A stretch of DNA of 63,110 nt, filler included, from Nemertoderma westbladi (Eukaryota; Animalia; Xenacoelomorpha): assembly GCA_032718475.1 (NCBI GenBank). It is 3 parts of 3 records of this genome, joined end to end, with 100 filler letters (N's around TTAATTAATTAA, not from the genome) between each part and the next. Parts side by side here need not be neighbours in the genome. Positions count along the whole stretch, not along the records: positions 1 to 24,021 come from JAUCBJ010000328.1; 2 more parts are not named here. One strand, written 5' to 3'. The notes beneath the pieces were generated by a model. It ran no database searches, was not told the DNA's origin, and worked only from the letters and a program-made list of their open reading frames with translations. Positions 1-14,000 of the stretch are shown in pieces (within the stretch, counting starts at the first letter, position 1; each line of letters begins with the position of its first letter). The translations under genes were made by a program, and so were the position numbers.

Positions 1-3000
1 TTTTGAAACTCGTAGAAGACCATTGGGGCTACGTTCCTATCGAGTGGGGGTACAAAAAATATGTCGACAATAGGGGCCAAAAAGGGCCAGAATATGAAAA
101 ATAGTTTTTATCGAATAATTTTTTATTTTTTACTTTAGTTGGTTAACGTAGATTCTATTCAGTCAATATCGATACGGGGAATTCAAATATGCTATCGGTT
201 TTGCTCCGCGGACGCTATTAAAAAAATAAGGGCCAAAAATAAAATTTCGCGCTTCAAACTCGCTTCGCGGGAAATCGTCTAGCTCGAAAACTACTTAATT
301 TACGGGAGATTTGTTTACACAGACTTATAGTGCGTTAAATTATCTATCTAGCAGCGTTAATTACAGCGCCGAAGCTATTATACAACTGGAGCGGCAGACG
401 ATCGTGTGAAATATAATATTTATAAAAAAGGGAAGAAAAACGTTTTTTTCTTAATAATCTGCTGTTCTATTATAATTTAGCTCTTTGCGCCAAAACTACC
501 TGTAAAATGTAGCAAATTAACTCCGCTATCTTTTTTCTTAACATTTATAATTAAAATTACGAATTTTAAGGGTCGAAAAACATCGCGTAATTTTGGCCCT
601 TTTTTTCATTTTTTTTTGGGGCCAAAAATGACCCCCTCTCAAAAGATAGAAAAAAAAATTACGGCAAAGAATATACAAATTTTATTGAATTTGGACCATC
701 AGAACCGAAGTTAGAGCGATTTTAGTAAAAAAATAAAAAAATTTTTTTTTACAAAAAAATAAGAATGGTCAATATTGGATTTCGTACCCACGAACTTAGG
801 TTTCATTAACATGATTGATAACCACTAGACTACGTGACCAATATAATTTGAAATTTTCGAGTGACTATTTTTAAACATCAATAACTTCGGTTCTATTGGG
901 CCGTTTGATCTGAATCTTTTTTCATTGGATAGAGGATAGATTGTAGTGTGTGAAATAGGATACAACTTGGGAAAAGACGCATGTGCACTTAGTGCAAAAT
1001 GCACTTAAATAGTGGACATTTTTTCGATATTTCAAACACTATTATTTCCAGTTCTATTCATCGTAGAATGTTATTACTTGGGTTAAAATGTAGTTTGGAG
1101 TGATTTCTAACTATAATCTTAACATTTGTTTATCTTTTTATGTCTATAAAGAGACTTAAAATGTCCATGAATATGGTCCAAAATCGCAAATGTCGCGATT
1201 TATTAAATTGGATTTTTGACACTTTTAGCGACTGACACTTGATCATGCACCATCGTAGATCAGTAGAGAATAGACATAAGTGTGTTAAATAGGAACCACC
1301 TTTAGGATCCGCTAAAGTGCACTTGTGCAAATATGTGTGCAAATGTGCAATTTTTTTTAATAAGGTCAAATGGTGTATTATTGGGTTCTTTTCGTTGCAG
1401 ATAATTTATTTTCATATTAATATGTTGTATGGACCTTACTGAGCGCATTAGGAGTATGTGTACAAATAACCGGTCCTTATAAGGGTTCAATTGTATAAAT
1501 TAATAATAAATAAGGTTGTAATATTCTAAAAACCAGTGTGATCTTAAATGAACTTTAAACAATAAATAGAGATCAGATAACAAATGGACCACACAATTTA
1601 TTAAAAAACTCGCACCTTTTCGGACTTATCGCTTCAATTTTATTCAACAGTGGATATTTGGGGGAAGTTAGATGAACTGCATTTATGCAGTGATTCTAAC
1701 TTCCTCCTTCGTAATATAATATACCAAAGACACATTCTTTGGAGGACCTGTTGTTTACTATGTAGACTTTGTTCAATCTAAACAACTAAAGTCAGATTAA
1801 CAATATTATACTGTAAAATTTCTACGCAATGGTGAGTGGTATAAAATACTGAACTTCGAACTATGGTTCTGGAGTAATTTTTAATACATCAACATCTATA
1901 GGGATTTACCCATAAATGAAATCTAGAATACATTGTTACAGTATAATGGTATCAACAACCATATATTCTATATAGATCATAACAGAGACTCCTTATTGAT
2001 TCACGATTATAATTTCAGAGCTGAAATGTTTCGTTGACTATAACTCACAGACCACATATCGTGTACAAACGACCTAGTAGTGTTTATTTATTTTGGTGAG
2101 TTATGAAGGGGAAGGATCCACTTCGAGGAAAATAATATGTCGTTTAAAACAAAAATTAATATAAAAGTAATGAGTCCGGCTGTCCTCCACTCCCTGTCAC
2201 TCGACCAGTGTCTTTCTTCCTCCTCCCTTACCCCTTCCCTCGCTTTTCCCTTTACCTCGTGGTCTTTCGTTAAGTATATCTTTATTGAGGGGCCCACCTT
2301 GGTGGGAAGAAACATTTTTTAAAAACATTCAGTAAGGGCGGCGTCGAGTGAGGTGAATTCGCCGCCCCTCTAAAGGACGCAGTCTACATAGAGGACGCGT
2401 AGTTACTGCGAAAACGGTGTTCCCCCCCCATTCGACCTATTTCCAGCCGTACGATTTTCTCGATTTTTCGAGGGGGGACGCGTAATGCCAAAAAAATAAG
2501 ATTCTTCAGAGCTTTTAGCGAATCTATCGTTTTGACGGACATGACGGACAATTGTCTGGTTTTTTTGTCTTTTTTTCACTAGGACTCTTAAAAAACCTCT
2601 ATTTGACGCATCCAGAGACACCGAGAATCGAAAGAGGGGGTCTAAATTAGACGTTTCCACATCTTGGAATACCCCGCCTCCGGGCTTGTTTTCCGTCTAT
2701 TGTCCGTCAAAGTTGAAAAAACGGACAAAATGACTTTGCGGAATCCGCTATAACTCGGCTAATATTAATCGTACGGGGACGAAAGTAACGCGGTTGGAAA
2801 GGGGAAGAGTGGTACTACCTTCGTATCGAATGGGGGTAAGATATTTATTAAAATTTCGGGTGGAAAAAGGGGCCGTAAATTTCTACGTTTTTGTCCGTCT
2901 TTTTTCGAAATTTTATTTCCGAAATGTTTAATTTGACAACGCGGGTAGGATTCCACTAATTCTTTTTTGAAACTCGTAGAAGACCATTGGGGCTACGTTC

Positions 3001-6000
3001 CTATCGAGTGGGGGTACAAAAAATATGTTGACAATAGGGGCCAAAAAGGGCCAGAATATGAAAAATAGTTTTTATCGAATAATTTTTTATTTTTCACTTT
3101 AGTTGGTTAAGGTACATTTTATATGGTCAATATCGATACGGGGAATTCAAATATGCTATCGGTTTTGCTCCGCGGACGCTATTAAAAAAATGAGGGCCAA
3201 TATTAAAATTTCGCGTTTCAAACTCGCTGCGTGGGAACACGTCTAGCTCGAAAACTACTCAACGTCTGGGAAACGTATTTAAACATTATTATAGAGCGTT
3301 AAATTATCTATCTTTCAGCGTTAGTTACAACGCCGTAGCTATTATACAACTGGAGCGGCAGACAATCGTGTGAAATAAAATATTTATAAAAGGGACGAAA
3401 AAAAAATTTTTTTTCTTAAAATCGCTAATCCATTATAATTTAGCGTATTGCGCCAAAAGTATTTTTAAATTGTAGCAAATTACCTCCGCTATCTTTTTTC
3501 TTAACATTTATAATTAAAATTACGAATTTTAAGGGTCGAAAAATGTCGCGTAATTTTGGCCCTTTTTTTCATTTTTTTTTGGGGCCAAAAATGACCCCTT
3601 CTTAAAAGATAGAAAAAAAAATTACGGCAAAGAATATACCAATTTTATTGAATTTGGACCATCAGAACCGAAGTTAGAGCGATTTTAGTGAAAAAATAAA
3701 AAAAAAATTTTTTACAAAAAAATAAGAATGGTCAATATTGGATTTCGTACCCACGAACTTAGGTTTCATTAACATGATTGATAACCACTAGACTACGTGA
3801 ACAATATAATTTGAAATTTTCGAGTGACTATTTTTAAACATCAATAACTTCGGTTCTATTGGGCCGTTTGATCTGAATCTTTTTTCATTGGATAGAGGAT
3901 AGATTGTAGTGTGTGAAATAAGATACAACTTGGGAAAAGACGCATGTGCACATAGTTCAAATTGCACTTAAATAGTGCACATTTTTTCGATATTTCAAAC
4001 ACTATTATTTCAAGTTCTATACATCCTAGAATGTTATTTTTTGGGTTAAAATGTAGTTTGGAATGATTTCTAACTATAATCTTAACATTTGTTTATCTTT
4101 TTATGTCTATAAAGAGACTTAAAATGTCCATGAATATGGTCCAAAATCGCAAATGTCGCGATTTATTAAATTGGATTTTTGACACTTTTAGCAACTGACA
4201 ATTGATCATGCACCATCGTAGATCGGTAGAGAATAGACATAAGTGTGTTAAATAGGAACCACCTTTAGGATCCGCTAAAGTGCACTTGTGCAAATATGTG
4301 TGCAAATGTGCAATTTTTTTTAATAAGGTCAAATGGTGTATTATTGGGTTCTTTTCGTTGCAGATAGTTTATTTTCATATTAATATGTTGTTTGGACCTT
4401 ACTGAGCGCATTAGGAGTATGTGTACAAATAACCGGTCCTTATAAGGGTTCAATTGTATAAATTAATAATAAATAAGGTTGTAATATTCTAAAAACCAGT
4501 TTGATCTTAAATGAACTTTAAACAATAAATAGAGATCAGATAACAAATGGACCACACAATTTATTAAAAAACTCGCACCTCTTAATATATGGCTTCAATT
4601 TTATTCAACAGTAGATATTTGGGGGAAGTTAGATAAACTGCATTTATGCAGTGAATCTAACTTCCCCCTTCATGATATAATATACCAAAGACACACTCTT
4701 TGGAGGACCTGTTGTTTACTATGTAGACTTTGATCAACCTAAACAACTTAAGTCAGATTAACAATATCATCCTGTAAAATTTCTAAGCAATGACTGGTAT
4801 GAAAAATGCTGATCTTCGAACTATGGTTCTGTAATTAAATTTTATTACTTTATCTTTTATACGGATTTACCAGTGAAAGAAACCTAGAATCGATTATCAC
4901 AATGTAACAGTATCAATAACCATATCTATTCTATGTAGATCATAAGAGAGACATCCTTGATTCATATATTATAATTTCCGAGCTGAAATGTTTCGGTGAC
5001 TATAACTTACAGGCTTCGTATTATGTACAAACGACTGAGTAGTATATATTAATATTAATGTGTTACCGGTATATAGAACGAGTGTAGACTGGGAGCGAAA
5101 ATATATTACATACAATTTCGAGTAATATAAAATTAACGAGTCCAGTTCGTCTCCCCTCGTGTAATTCGACGCATACCCCCCCCCCCCCCCCCCCTCCACA
5201 CTTTTCCCTTTACCTCGTGGTCTTTCTTTAAGTATAACTTCATTTTGGGTCCACCTTGGTGGGAAGAAACATTTTTTAAAAACATTCAGTAAGGGCGGCG
5301 TCGAGTGAGGTGAATTCGCCGCCCCTCTAAAGGACGCAGTCTACATAGAGGACGCGTAGTTACTGCGAAAACGGTGTTCCCCCCCCATTCGACCTATTTC
5401 CAGCCGTACGATTTTCTCGATTTTTCGAGGGGGGACGCGTAATGCCAAAAAAATAAGATTCTTCAGAGCTTTTAGCGAATCTATCGTTTTGACGGACAAG
5501 ACGGACAATTTTCTGGTTTTTTTGTCTTTTTTTCACTAGGACTCTTAAAAAACCTCTATTTGACGCATCCATAGACACCGAGAATCGAAAGAGGGGGTCT
5601 AAATTAGACGTTTCCACATCTTGGAATACCCCGCCTCCGGGCTTGTTTTCCGTCTATTGTCCGTCAAAGTTGAAAAAACGGACAAAATGACTTTGCGGAA
5701 TCCGCTATAACTCGGCTAATATTAATCGTACGGGGACGAAAGTAACGCGGTTGGAAAGGGGAAGAGTGGTACTACCTTCGTATCGAATGGGGGTAAGATA
5801 TTTATTAAAATTTCGGGTGGAAAAAAGGGGCCGTAAATTTCTACGTTTTTGTCCGTCTTTTTTCGAAATTTTATTTCCGAAATGTTTAATTTGACAACGC
5901 GGGTAGGATTCCACTAATTCTTTTTTGAAACTCGTAGAAGACCATTGGGGCTACGTTCCTATCGAGTGGGGGTACAAAAAATATGTCAACAATAGGGGCC

Positions 6001-9000
6001 AAAGAGGGCAAGAATATGTAAAATAGTTTTTATCGAATAATTTTTTATTTTTCACTTTAGTTGGTTAAGGTACATTTTATACAGTCAATATCGATACGGG
6101 GAATTCAAATATGCTATCGGTTTTGCTCCGCGGACGCTATTAAAAAAATGAGGGCCAAAAATAAAATTTCGCCCTTCAAACTTGCTTCGCGGGAAATCGT
6201 CTAGCTCGAAAACTACTTAACTTACGGGAGATTTGTTTACACAGACTTATAGTGCGTTAAATTATCTATCTAACAGCGTTAGTTACAGCGCATTAGCTTT
6301 TATACAACTGCTGCGGCAGACGATCGTGTGAAATAAAATATTTAAAAAAAGGGACGAAAATTTTTTTTTTTTTAATAAATCGCTACTCTATGATAGTTTA
6401 GCTCTTTGCGCCAAAACTACCTGTAAAATGTAGCAAATTAACTCCGCTATCTTTTTTCTTAACATTTATAATTAAAATTACGAATTTTAAGGGTCGAAAA
6501 ATATCGCGTAATTTTGGCCCTTTTTTTCATTTTTTTTTGGGGCCAAAAATGACCCCCTCTCAAAAGATAGAAAAAAAAATTACGGCAAAGAATATACAAA
6601 TTTTATTGAATTTGGACCATCAGAACCGAAGTTAGAGCGATTTTAGTGAAAAAATAAAAAAAATTTTTTTACAAAAAAATAAGAATGGTCAATATTGGAT
6701 TTCGTACCCACGAACTTAGGTTTCATTAACATGATTGATAACCACTAGACTACGTGACCAATATAATTTGAAATTTTCGAGTGACTATTTTTAAACATCA
6801 ATAACTTCGGTTCTATTGGGCCGTTTGATCTGAATCTTTTTTCATTGGATAGAGGATAGATTGTAGTGTGGGAAATAGGATACAACTTGGGAAAAGACGC
6901 ATGTGCACTTAGTGCAAAATGCACTTAAATAGTGGACATTTTTTCGATATTTCAAACACTATTATTTCCAGTTCTATTCATCGTAGAATGTTATTACTTG
7001 GGTTAAAATGTAGTTTGGAGTGATTTCTAACTATAATCTTAACATTTGTTTATCTTTTTATGTCTATAAAGTGACTTAAAATGTCCATGAATATGGTCCA
7101 AAATCGCAAATGTCGCGATTTATTAAATTGGATTTTTGACACTTTTAGCGACTGACACTTGATCATGCACCATCGTAGATCGGTAGAGAATAGACATAAG
7201 TGTGTTAAATAGGAACCACCTTTAGGATCCGCTAAAGTGCACTTGTGCAAATATGTGTGCAAATGTGCAATTTTTTTTAATAAGGTCAAATGGTGTATTA
7301 TTGGGTTCTTTTCGTTGCAGATAATTTATTTTCATATTAATATGTTGTATGGACCTTACTGAGCGCATTAGGAGTATGTGTACAAATAACCGGTCCTTAT
7401 AAGGGTTCAATTGTATAAATTAATAATAAATAAGGTTGTAATATTCTAAAAACCAGTGTGATCTTAAATGAACTTTAAACAATAAATAGTAGAGATCAGA
7501 TAACAAATGGACCACACAATTTATTAAAAGACTCGCACCTCTTCGGACTTAATATATGGCTTCAATTTTATTCAACAGTAGATATTTGGGGGAAGTTAGA
7601 TAAACTGCATTTATGCAGTGAATCTAACTTCCCCCTTCATGATATAATATACCAAAGACACACTCTTTGGAGGACCTGTTGTTTACTATGTAGACTTTGT
7701 TCAACCTAAACAACTTAAGTCAGATTAACAATATTATCCTGTAAAATTTCTAAGCAATGACTGGTATGAAAAATGCTGATCTTCGAACTATGGTTCTGTA
7801 ATTAAATTTTATTACTTCAACTTTTATACGGATTTACCAGTGAAAGAAACCTAGAATCCATTATCACAATGTAACAGTATCAATAACCATATCTATTCTA
7901 TGTAGATCATAAGAGAGACATCCTTGATTCATATATTATAATTTCCGAGCTGAAATGTTTCGGTGACTATAACTTACAGGCTTCGTATTATGTACAAACG
8001 ACTGAGTAGTATATATTAATATTACATGGGTTACCGGTATATAGAACGAGTGTAGACTGGGAGCGAAAATATATTACATACAATTTCGAGTAATATAAAA
8101 TTAACGAGTCCAGTTCGTCTCCCCTCGTGTAATTCGACGCATACCCCCCCCCCCCCCCCCCCCTCCACACTTTTCCCTTTACCTCGTGGTCTTTCTTTAA
8201 GTATAACTTCATTTTGGGTCCACCTTGGTGGGAAGAAATATCTTTTAAAAACATTCAGTAAGGGCGGCGTCGAGTGAGGTGAATTCGCCGCCCCTCTAAA
8301 GGACGCAGTCTACATAGCAGGACGCGTAGTTACTGCGAAAACGGTGTTCCCCCCCCATTCGACCTATTTCCAGCCGTACGATTTTCTCGATTTTTCGAGG
8401 GGGGACGCGTAATGCCAAAAAAATAAGATTCTTCAGAGCTTTTAGCGAATCTATCGTTTTGACGGACATGACGGACAATTGTCTGGTTTTTTTGTCTTTT
8501 TTTCACTAGGACTCTTAAAAAACCTCTATTTGACGCATCCAGAGACACCGAGAATCGAAAGAGGGGGTCTAAATTAGACGTTTCCACATCTTGGAATACC
8601 CCGCCTCCGGGCTTGTTTTCCGTCTATTGTCCGTCAAAGTTGAAAAAACGGACAAAATGACTTTGCGGAATCCGCTATAACTCGGCTAATATTAATCGTA
8701 CGGGGACGAAAGTAACGCGGTTGGAAAGGGGAAGAGTGGTACTACCTTCGTATCGAATGGGGGTAAGATATTTATTAAAATTTCGGGTGGAAAAAAGGGG
8801 CCGTAAATTTCTACGTTTTTGTCCGTCTTTTTTCGAAATTTTATTTCCGAAATGTTTAATTTGACAACGCGGGTAGGATTCCACTAATTCTTTTTTGAAA
8901 CTCGTAGAAGACCATTGGGGCTACGTTCCTATCGAGTGGGGGTACAAAAAATATGTCAACAATAGGGGCCAAAGAGGGCAAGAATATGTAAAATAGTTTT

Positions 9001-10657
9001 TATCGAATAATTTTTTATTTTTCACTTTAGTTGGTTAAGGTACATTTTATACAGTCAATATCGATACGGGGAATTCAAATATGCTATCGGTTTTGCTCCG
9101 CGGACGCTATTAAAAAAATGAGGGCCAAAAATAAAATTTCGCCCTTCAAACTTGCTTCGCGGGAAATCGTCTAGCTCGAAAACTACTTAACTTACGGGAG
9201 ATTTGTTTACACAGACTTATAGTGCGTTAAATTATCTATCTAACAGCGTTAGTTACAGCGCATTAGCTTTTATACAACTGCTGCGGCAGACGATCGTGTG
9301 AAATATAATATTTATAAAAAAGGGACGAAAAACTTTTTTTTTTTAATAAATCTGCTGCTCTATGATAATTTAGCTCTTTGCGCCAAAACTACCTGTAAAA
9401 TGTAGCAAATTAACTCCGCTATCTTTTTTCTTAACATTTATAATTAAAATTACGAATTTTAAGGGTCGAAAAATATCGCGTAATTTTGGCCCTTTTTTTC
9501 ATTTTTTTTTGGGGCCAAAAATGACCCCCTCTCAAAAGATAGAAAAAAAAATTACGGCAAAGAATATACAAATTTTATTGAATTTGGACCATCAGAACCG
9601 AAGTTAGAGCGATTTTAGTGAAAAAATAAAAAAAAATTTTTTTACAAAAAAATAAGAATGGTCAATATTGGATTTCGTACCCACGAACTTAGGTTTCATT
9701 AACATGATTGATAACCACTAGACTACGTGACCAATATAATTTGAAATTTTCGAGTGACTATTTTTAAACATCAATAACTTCGGTTCTATTGGGCCGTTTG
9801 ATCTGAATCTTTTTTCATTGGATAGAGGATAGATTGTAGTGTGTGAAATAGGATACAACTTGGGAAAAGACGCATGTGCACTTAGTGCAAAATGCACTTA
9901 AATAGTGGACATTTTTTCGATATTTCAAACACTATTATTTCCAGTTCTATTCATCGTAGAATGTTATTACTTGGGTTAAAATGTAGTTTGGAGTGATTTC
10001 TAACTATAATCTTAACATTTGTTTATCTTTTTATGTCTATAAAGTGACTTAAAATGTCCATGAATATGGTCCAAAATCGCAAATGTCGCGATTTATTAAA
10101 TTGGATTTTTGACACTTTTAGCGACTGACACTTGATCATGCACCATCGTAGATCGGTAGAGAATAGACATAAGTGTGTTAAATAGGAACCACCTTTAGGA
10201 TCCGCTTAAGTGCACTTGTGCAAATATGTGTGCAAATGTGCAATTTTTTTTAATAAGGTCAAATGGTGTATTATTGGGTTCTTTTCGTTGCAGATAGTTT
10301 ATTTTCATATTAATATGTTGTTTGGACCTTACTGAGCGCATTAGGAGTATGTGTACAAATAACCGGTCCTTTTAAGGGTTCAATTGTATAAATTAATAAT
10401 AAATAAGGTTGTAATATTCTAAAAACCAGTGTGATCTTAAATGAACTTTAAACAATAAATAGAGATCAGATAACAAATGGACCACACAATTTATTAAAAA
10501 ACTCGCACCTCTTCGGACTTAATATATTGCTTCAATTTTATTCAACAGTAGATATTTGGGGGAAGTTAGATAAACTGCATTTATGCAGTGAATCTAACTT
10601 CCCCCTTCATGATATAATATACCAAAGACACACTCTTTGGAGGACCTGTTGTTTACT
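1..10657. repeat. Tandem array of ~2.96-kb units (~3.6 copies), probably derived from a non-autonomous DNA transposon
   Basis: GAAACTCGTAGAAGACC recurs at 5, 2969, 5927 and 8897 (periods 2964/2958/2970). The same short ORFs recur in the track. The array stops abruptly at ...GTTTACT 10657. Confidence 0.97.
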
Positions 10658-11013
10658 TATTATTTATTATTATTTCAACATACAAATTAATGTAATTGTT
10701 GCACTTTACCGGTAGACACCATGTAATATAAATTGATCAATCAGTACACCAGCTGAACTATTATAAATAACAATTTCTTAGAAGGTAGGACAGAATAGCG
10801 AAATTATCCTATCTATAATCTGAGTTACACCGTATAAGGAAACAATATTCTATTTATCATTAATAGTCGTGTTCGTATACTTCAAAGTATAATAGATATA
10901 TTATATTTCTACTTAGCGCCGTGACCCCAATGCATAAATCAACAATGAAAATGAAACACACAACAATTTAAGTTAATAGATGAAATATTAATATTGTTAG
11001 AAAATAGAAATAA

Positions 11014-14000
11014 TTATTTGTTAGTTTCATTTCTGATTTTCATCGCCTTATAAATGAACAGGCTCAGATTTACAAGGGCTGATTTGGAGTTCGTTGACAA
11101 CAATTGGCGGTAATTTTGTTTCGTTGGGTCTCGCCAAAAAGTTTCGGGTATTAATTGCAATCGTAGTTCCGCATAAGCTGGGCAGATCAGGATGAAATGC
11201 ATTTCGTCCTCTATTGCATTTAGTGTGCAAAAAACACATAATCTTTCCAATGGGTTTTCTTTCCGCCATCTGCCTTCTTCCACACGTAAATTATGTGAAG
11301 AACAACGTAGGCGTGCCAAGGCTACTTTCAGTTTGGGGTGGTCAGTCAAAATGTTTAAGTAACCCTCAACTCGAAAGTTATATTTTATATATAGGGCTCC
11401 CTTAGAAGACGCTTCGCAATCAGCCCACCATCCCTGGATGAACTGATCATGAAGCCTCCTCTTGGCGCTGGCAAGGAAGGTTTTTTCATTGTGTACATTT
11501 TGTTCCGTCCAAAAAGAGCTCAATCCAATATTGTTGATTAAGTTACGTATTTGTACTACCCAGTTTGTCGCACCCCTTTTACTCGATGTTTGCGTATGCA
11601 TGTCCTTAAGCAGTGTGTAATATATCTGTTTTGTCAGGCGTTTCTCAGGGAGCTTCAGAATCCTCACCCAAAATTTTAACATAGCAAATTGTCGATGGAG
11701 ACGTAGCGGTACCGTCCCTGTCTCTCCATACACCATAAAGTTTGGGGTTGTCGTTTTCACGCCCAGACCTCTCTTGAGAAATTTTAGATGTACCTTTTCC
11801 ACGTCTGGACCTGCGATGTCCCCCCATACTGGGCACCCGTAGTGCAGGATCGGAAGTATTAGAGAGTTAAATAGTTTGTAGCGAAGATCAAATGTGATAC
11901 ATGGGAATGTGAATAGATATTTGTTCAACGAAAACAATGCCTTATTCGCCTTCTCTGCAAGTACACGTTGAGCCTCGGTGAAGGACCCCATACAAGAAAA
12001 GGTAACTCCCAGATACAAATAATGTGAAACCGTTTCCATAGCAACACCCTTGTATGACCACCTTTCTAATCTTGCAAGTTGCCCACCTTTGCGAAACACC
12101 ATAACATTTGATTTGGCGAGATTAACCCTTAAACCCCAGTAGTCGCAATAGTCACCTAACGTGTCGAGACAATGTTGTAAGTCTGATGGACTGCTTGCAA
12201 GTAATACAATATCGTCGGCATAAAGGATGAGAAATAAATGTAAATATCCTATAGTAATCCCTTCAAAGCCATCCTTCGCAAGCTCTGCCTCCAGATCGTT
12301 CATGAACATCGCAAATAAAAAGGGAGACAAACAATCACCCTGTCTCACACCTGACAAACACGGAAAACAATCAGAGACTTCTCCATTAGAGCGCACACAC
12401 GATTTGACGCAACTATACATGCTCTTGATCACATCAAACAGCTTACCACTGAACCCAATACTAGCTAGTTTTATCCACAGTGCGTCCCTGTTAACGCTAT
12501 CAAACGCCTTTGAGAAGTCAATAAAGGCCGCGTATAGCTTACCAACTTGATTACGAGTGAAATGTTCAACTAGTCCATTTAACAAGAAGATATGATCGAT
12601 CGTACTGTATCCATATCTGAAACCCGCCTGTGCTTCCGATAGAACTTCCATACAGTCTGCCCAAAATGACAATCTTGAATTTACTATGCTGGTGAATAGT
12701 TTGGCTATGCAACTAATAAGAGATATACCCCTATAGTTATCTGGGTCAGAAAATGTACCTTTCTTCTTATATATAGGAGAAATTATCGCAATCGCCCATT
12801 CTGTGGGGAATTTGCCAGATGCCAAAATGGCATTGAAAAGTACTGTTAAAATTGGGATGAGGAAATCTTTACCTTCAATCAGGAACTCGTTCAAAATGTT
12901 ATCTATTCCAGGGGATTTACGTTTCTTCAATCTATCAATAGCATTTTCCAACTCACATTCAGTTAAAGCAACCGAAATATCGTTTTCGAACATGCCTTGG
13001 CACTCATCTACGTTAACCGTTTCTGGTGGTGAGATGCCTACATCTACAAAATTGTTATTATTTGACAGTAGGGTCTCGTAATACTTTGAGAATGAGTCTA
13101 ATGTAGGCCCCCCCTCGCGAGTTCTAGAACCTGTTCCTGTTGAGTTTTTTAACATTGCCCAAAACTGTTGGCTATTCACCACCCTAGTGCGTTCTAATGT
13201 TTGTGACTGTTCTCGATCATATGCTGCCTTTGCTTGACGAATGCACTTACAGTACTGTGAACGAGATGTAGCTAGTCTGTTGAAGGTACTGTGAGTGGGA
13301 CTATTTTTCCATGCATTAAATTCTCTACGAAAAATAAAACGCTTATCCGCACATTCATCATTGTACCACGGGTAAGAAACATTACATTTATCACCCGGTG
13401 ATCCGCCTTCCCTTACTTTGAAGTATCGTCCTGCCACTTGTCTAATGCAGTCAACTATCTCCTCTGTTGCATTATCAATATCCGCCGGAGTGTTAAGTCC
13501 TGTGCATAGTTTGTCGGCGATATTGTCTAATTTAGTTTGTACCACTTCTGAAGATAGCTCTTTTTTAAACTTATCACTGAATTTTTCCTTCCATTTAAAC
13601 CTACTATTTTGTTCCCCGCATTTCGTTGTTTTATCGATATTAGTATCCACTTGCGTTTCAATTTCTACTGGCCAAGAAAATTCGGCAGTGACAATAACGT
13701 GAGGACTAAACAAATTTGGGTCCCCAACATAAAAATTTGAGCAGTGAGATAATAGACCGCATCCAGCTAGGATATAGTCTATGGTCGAAGCCCTAGTTCT
13801 CCTTTCACCAGGTGCAAAAAATGTAAACTTTCCTACGCCATCATCGCGCCCAGCCCTTCCATTCAATATTCTGACCCTGGCATTTTTACACAAATTTAGA
13901 AGTAGTTTACCATGGTTATTTTTTACTTCATCCTGATTTCTCCTAATTTTATTTACAGAACCTTCCCAGTCACCATTGTCATCATCGAAAACATAATCTG

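Noticed and set aside
1-10657. 5S rDNA, snRNA, spliced-leader or histone tandem cluster; also the repeated 60-88-aa ORFs
   Set aside because: No recognisable RNA gene or histone sequence. The short ORFs have no motifs and vary by frameshift between units.
12227-13702. Plus-strand ORFs within the LINE (and antisense ORFs within BEL gag)
   Set aside because: Antisense shadows of long coding frames.
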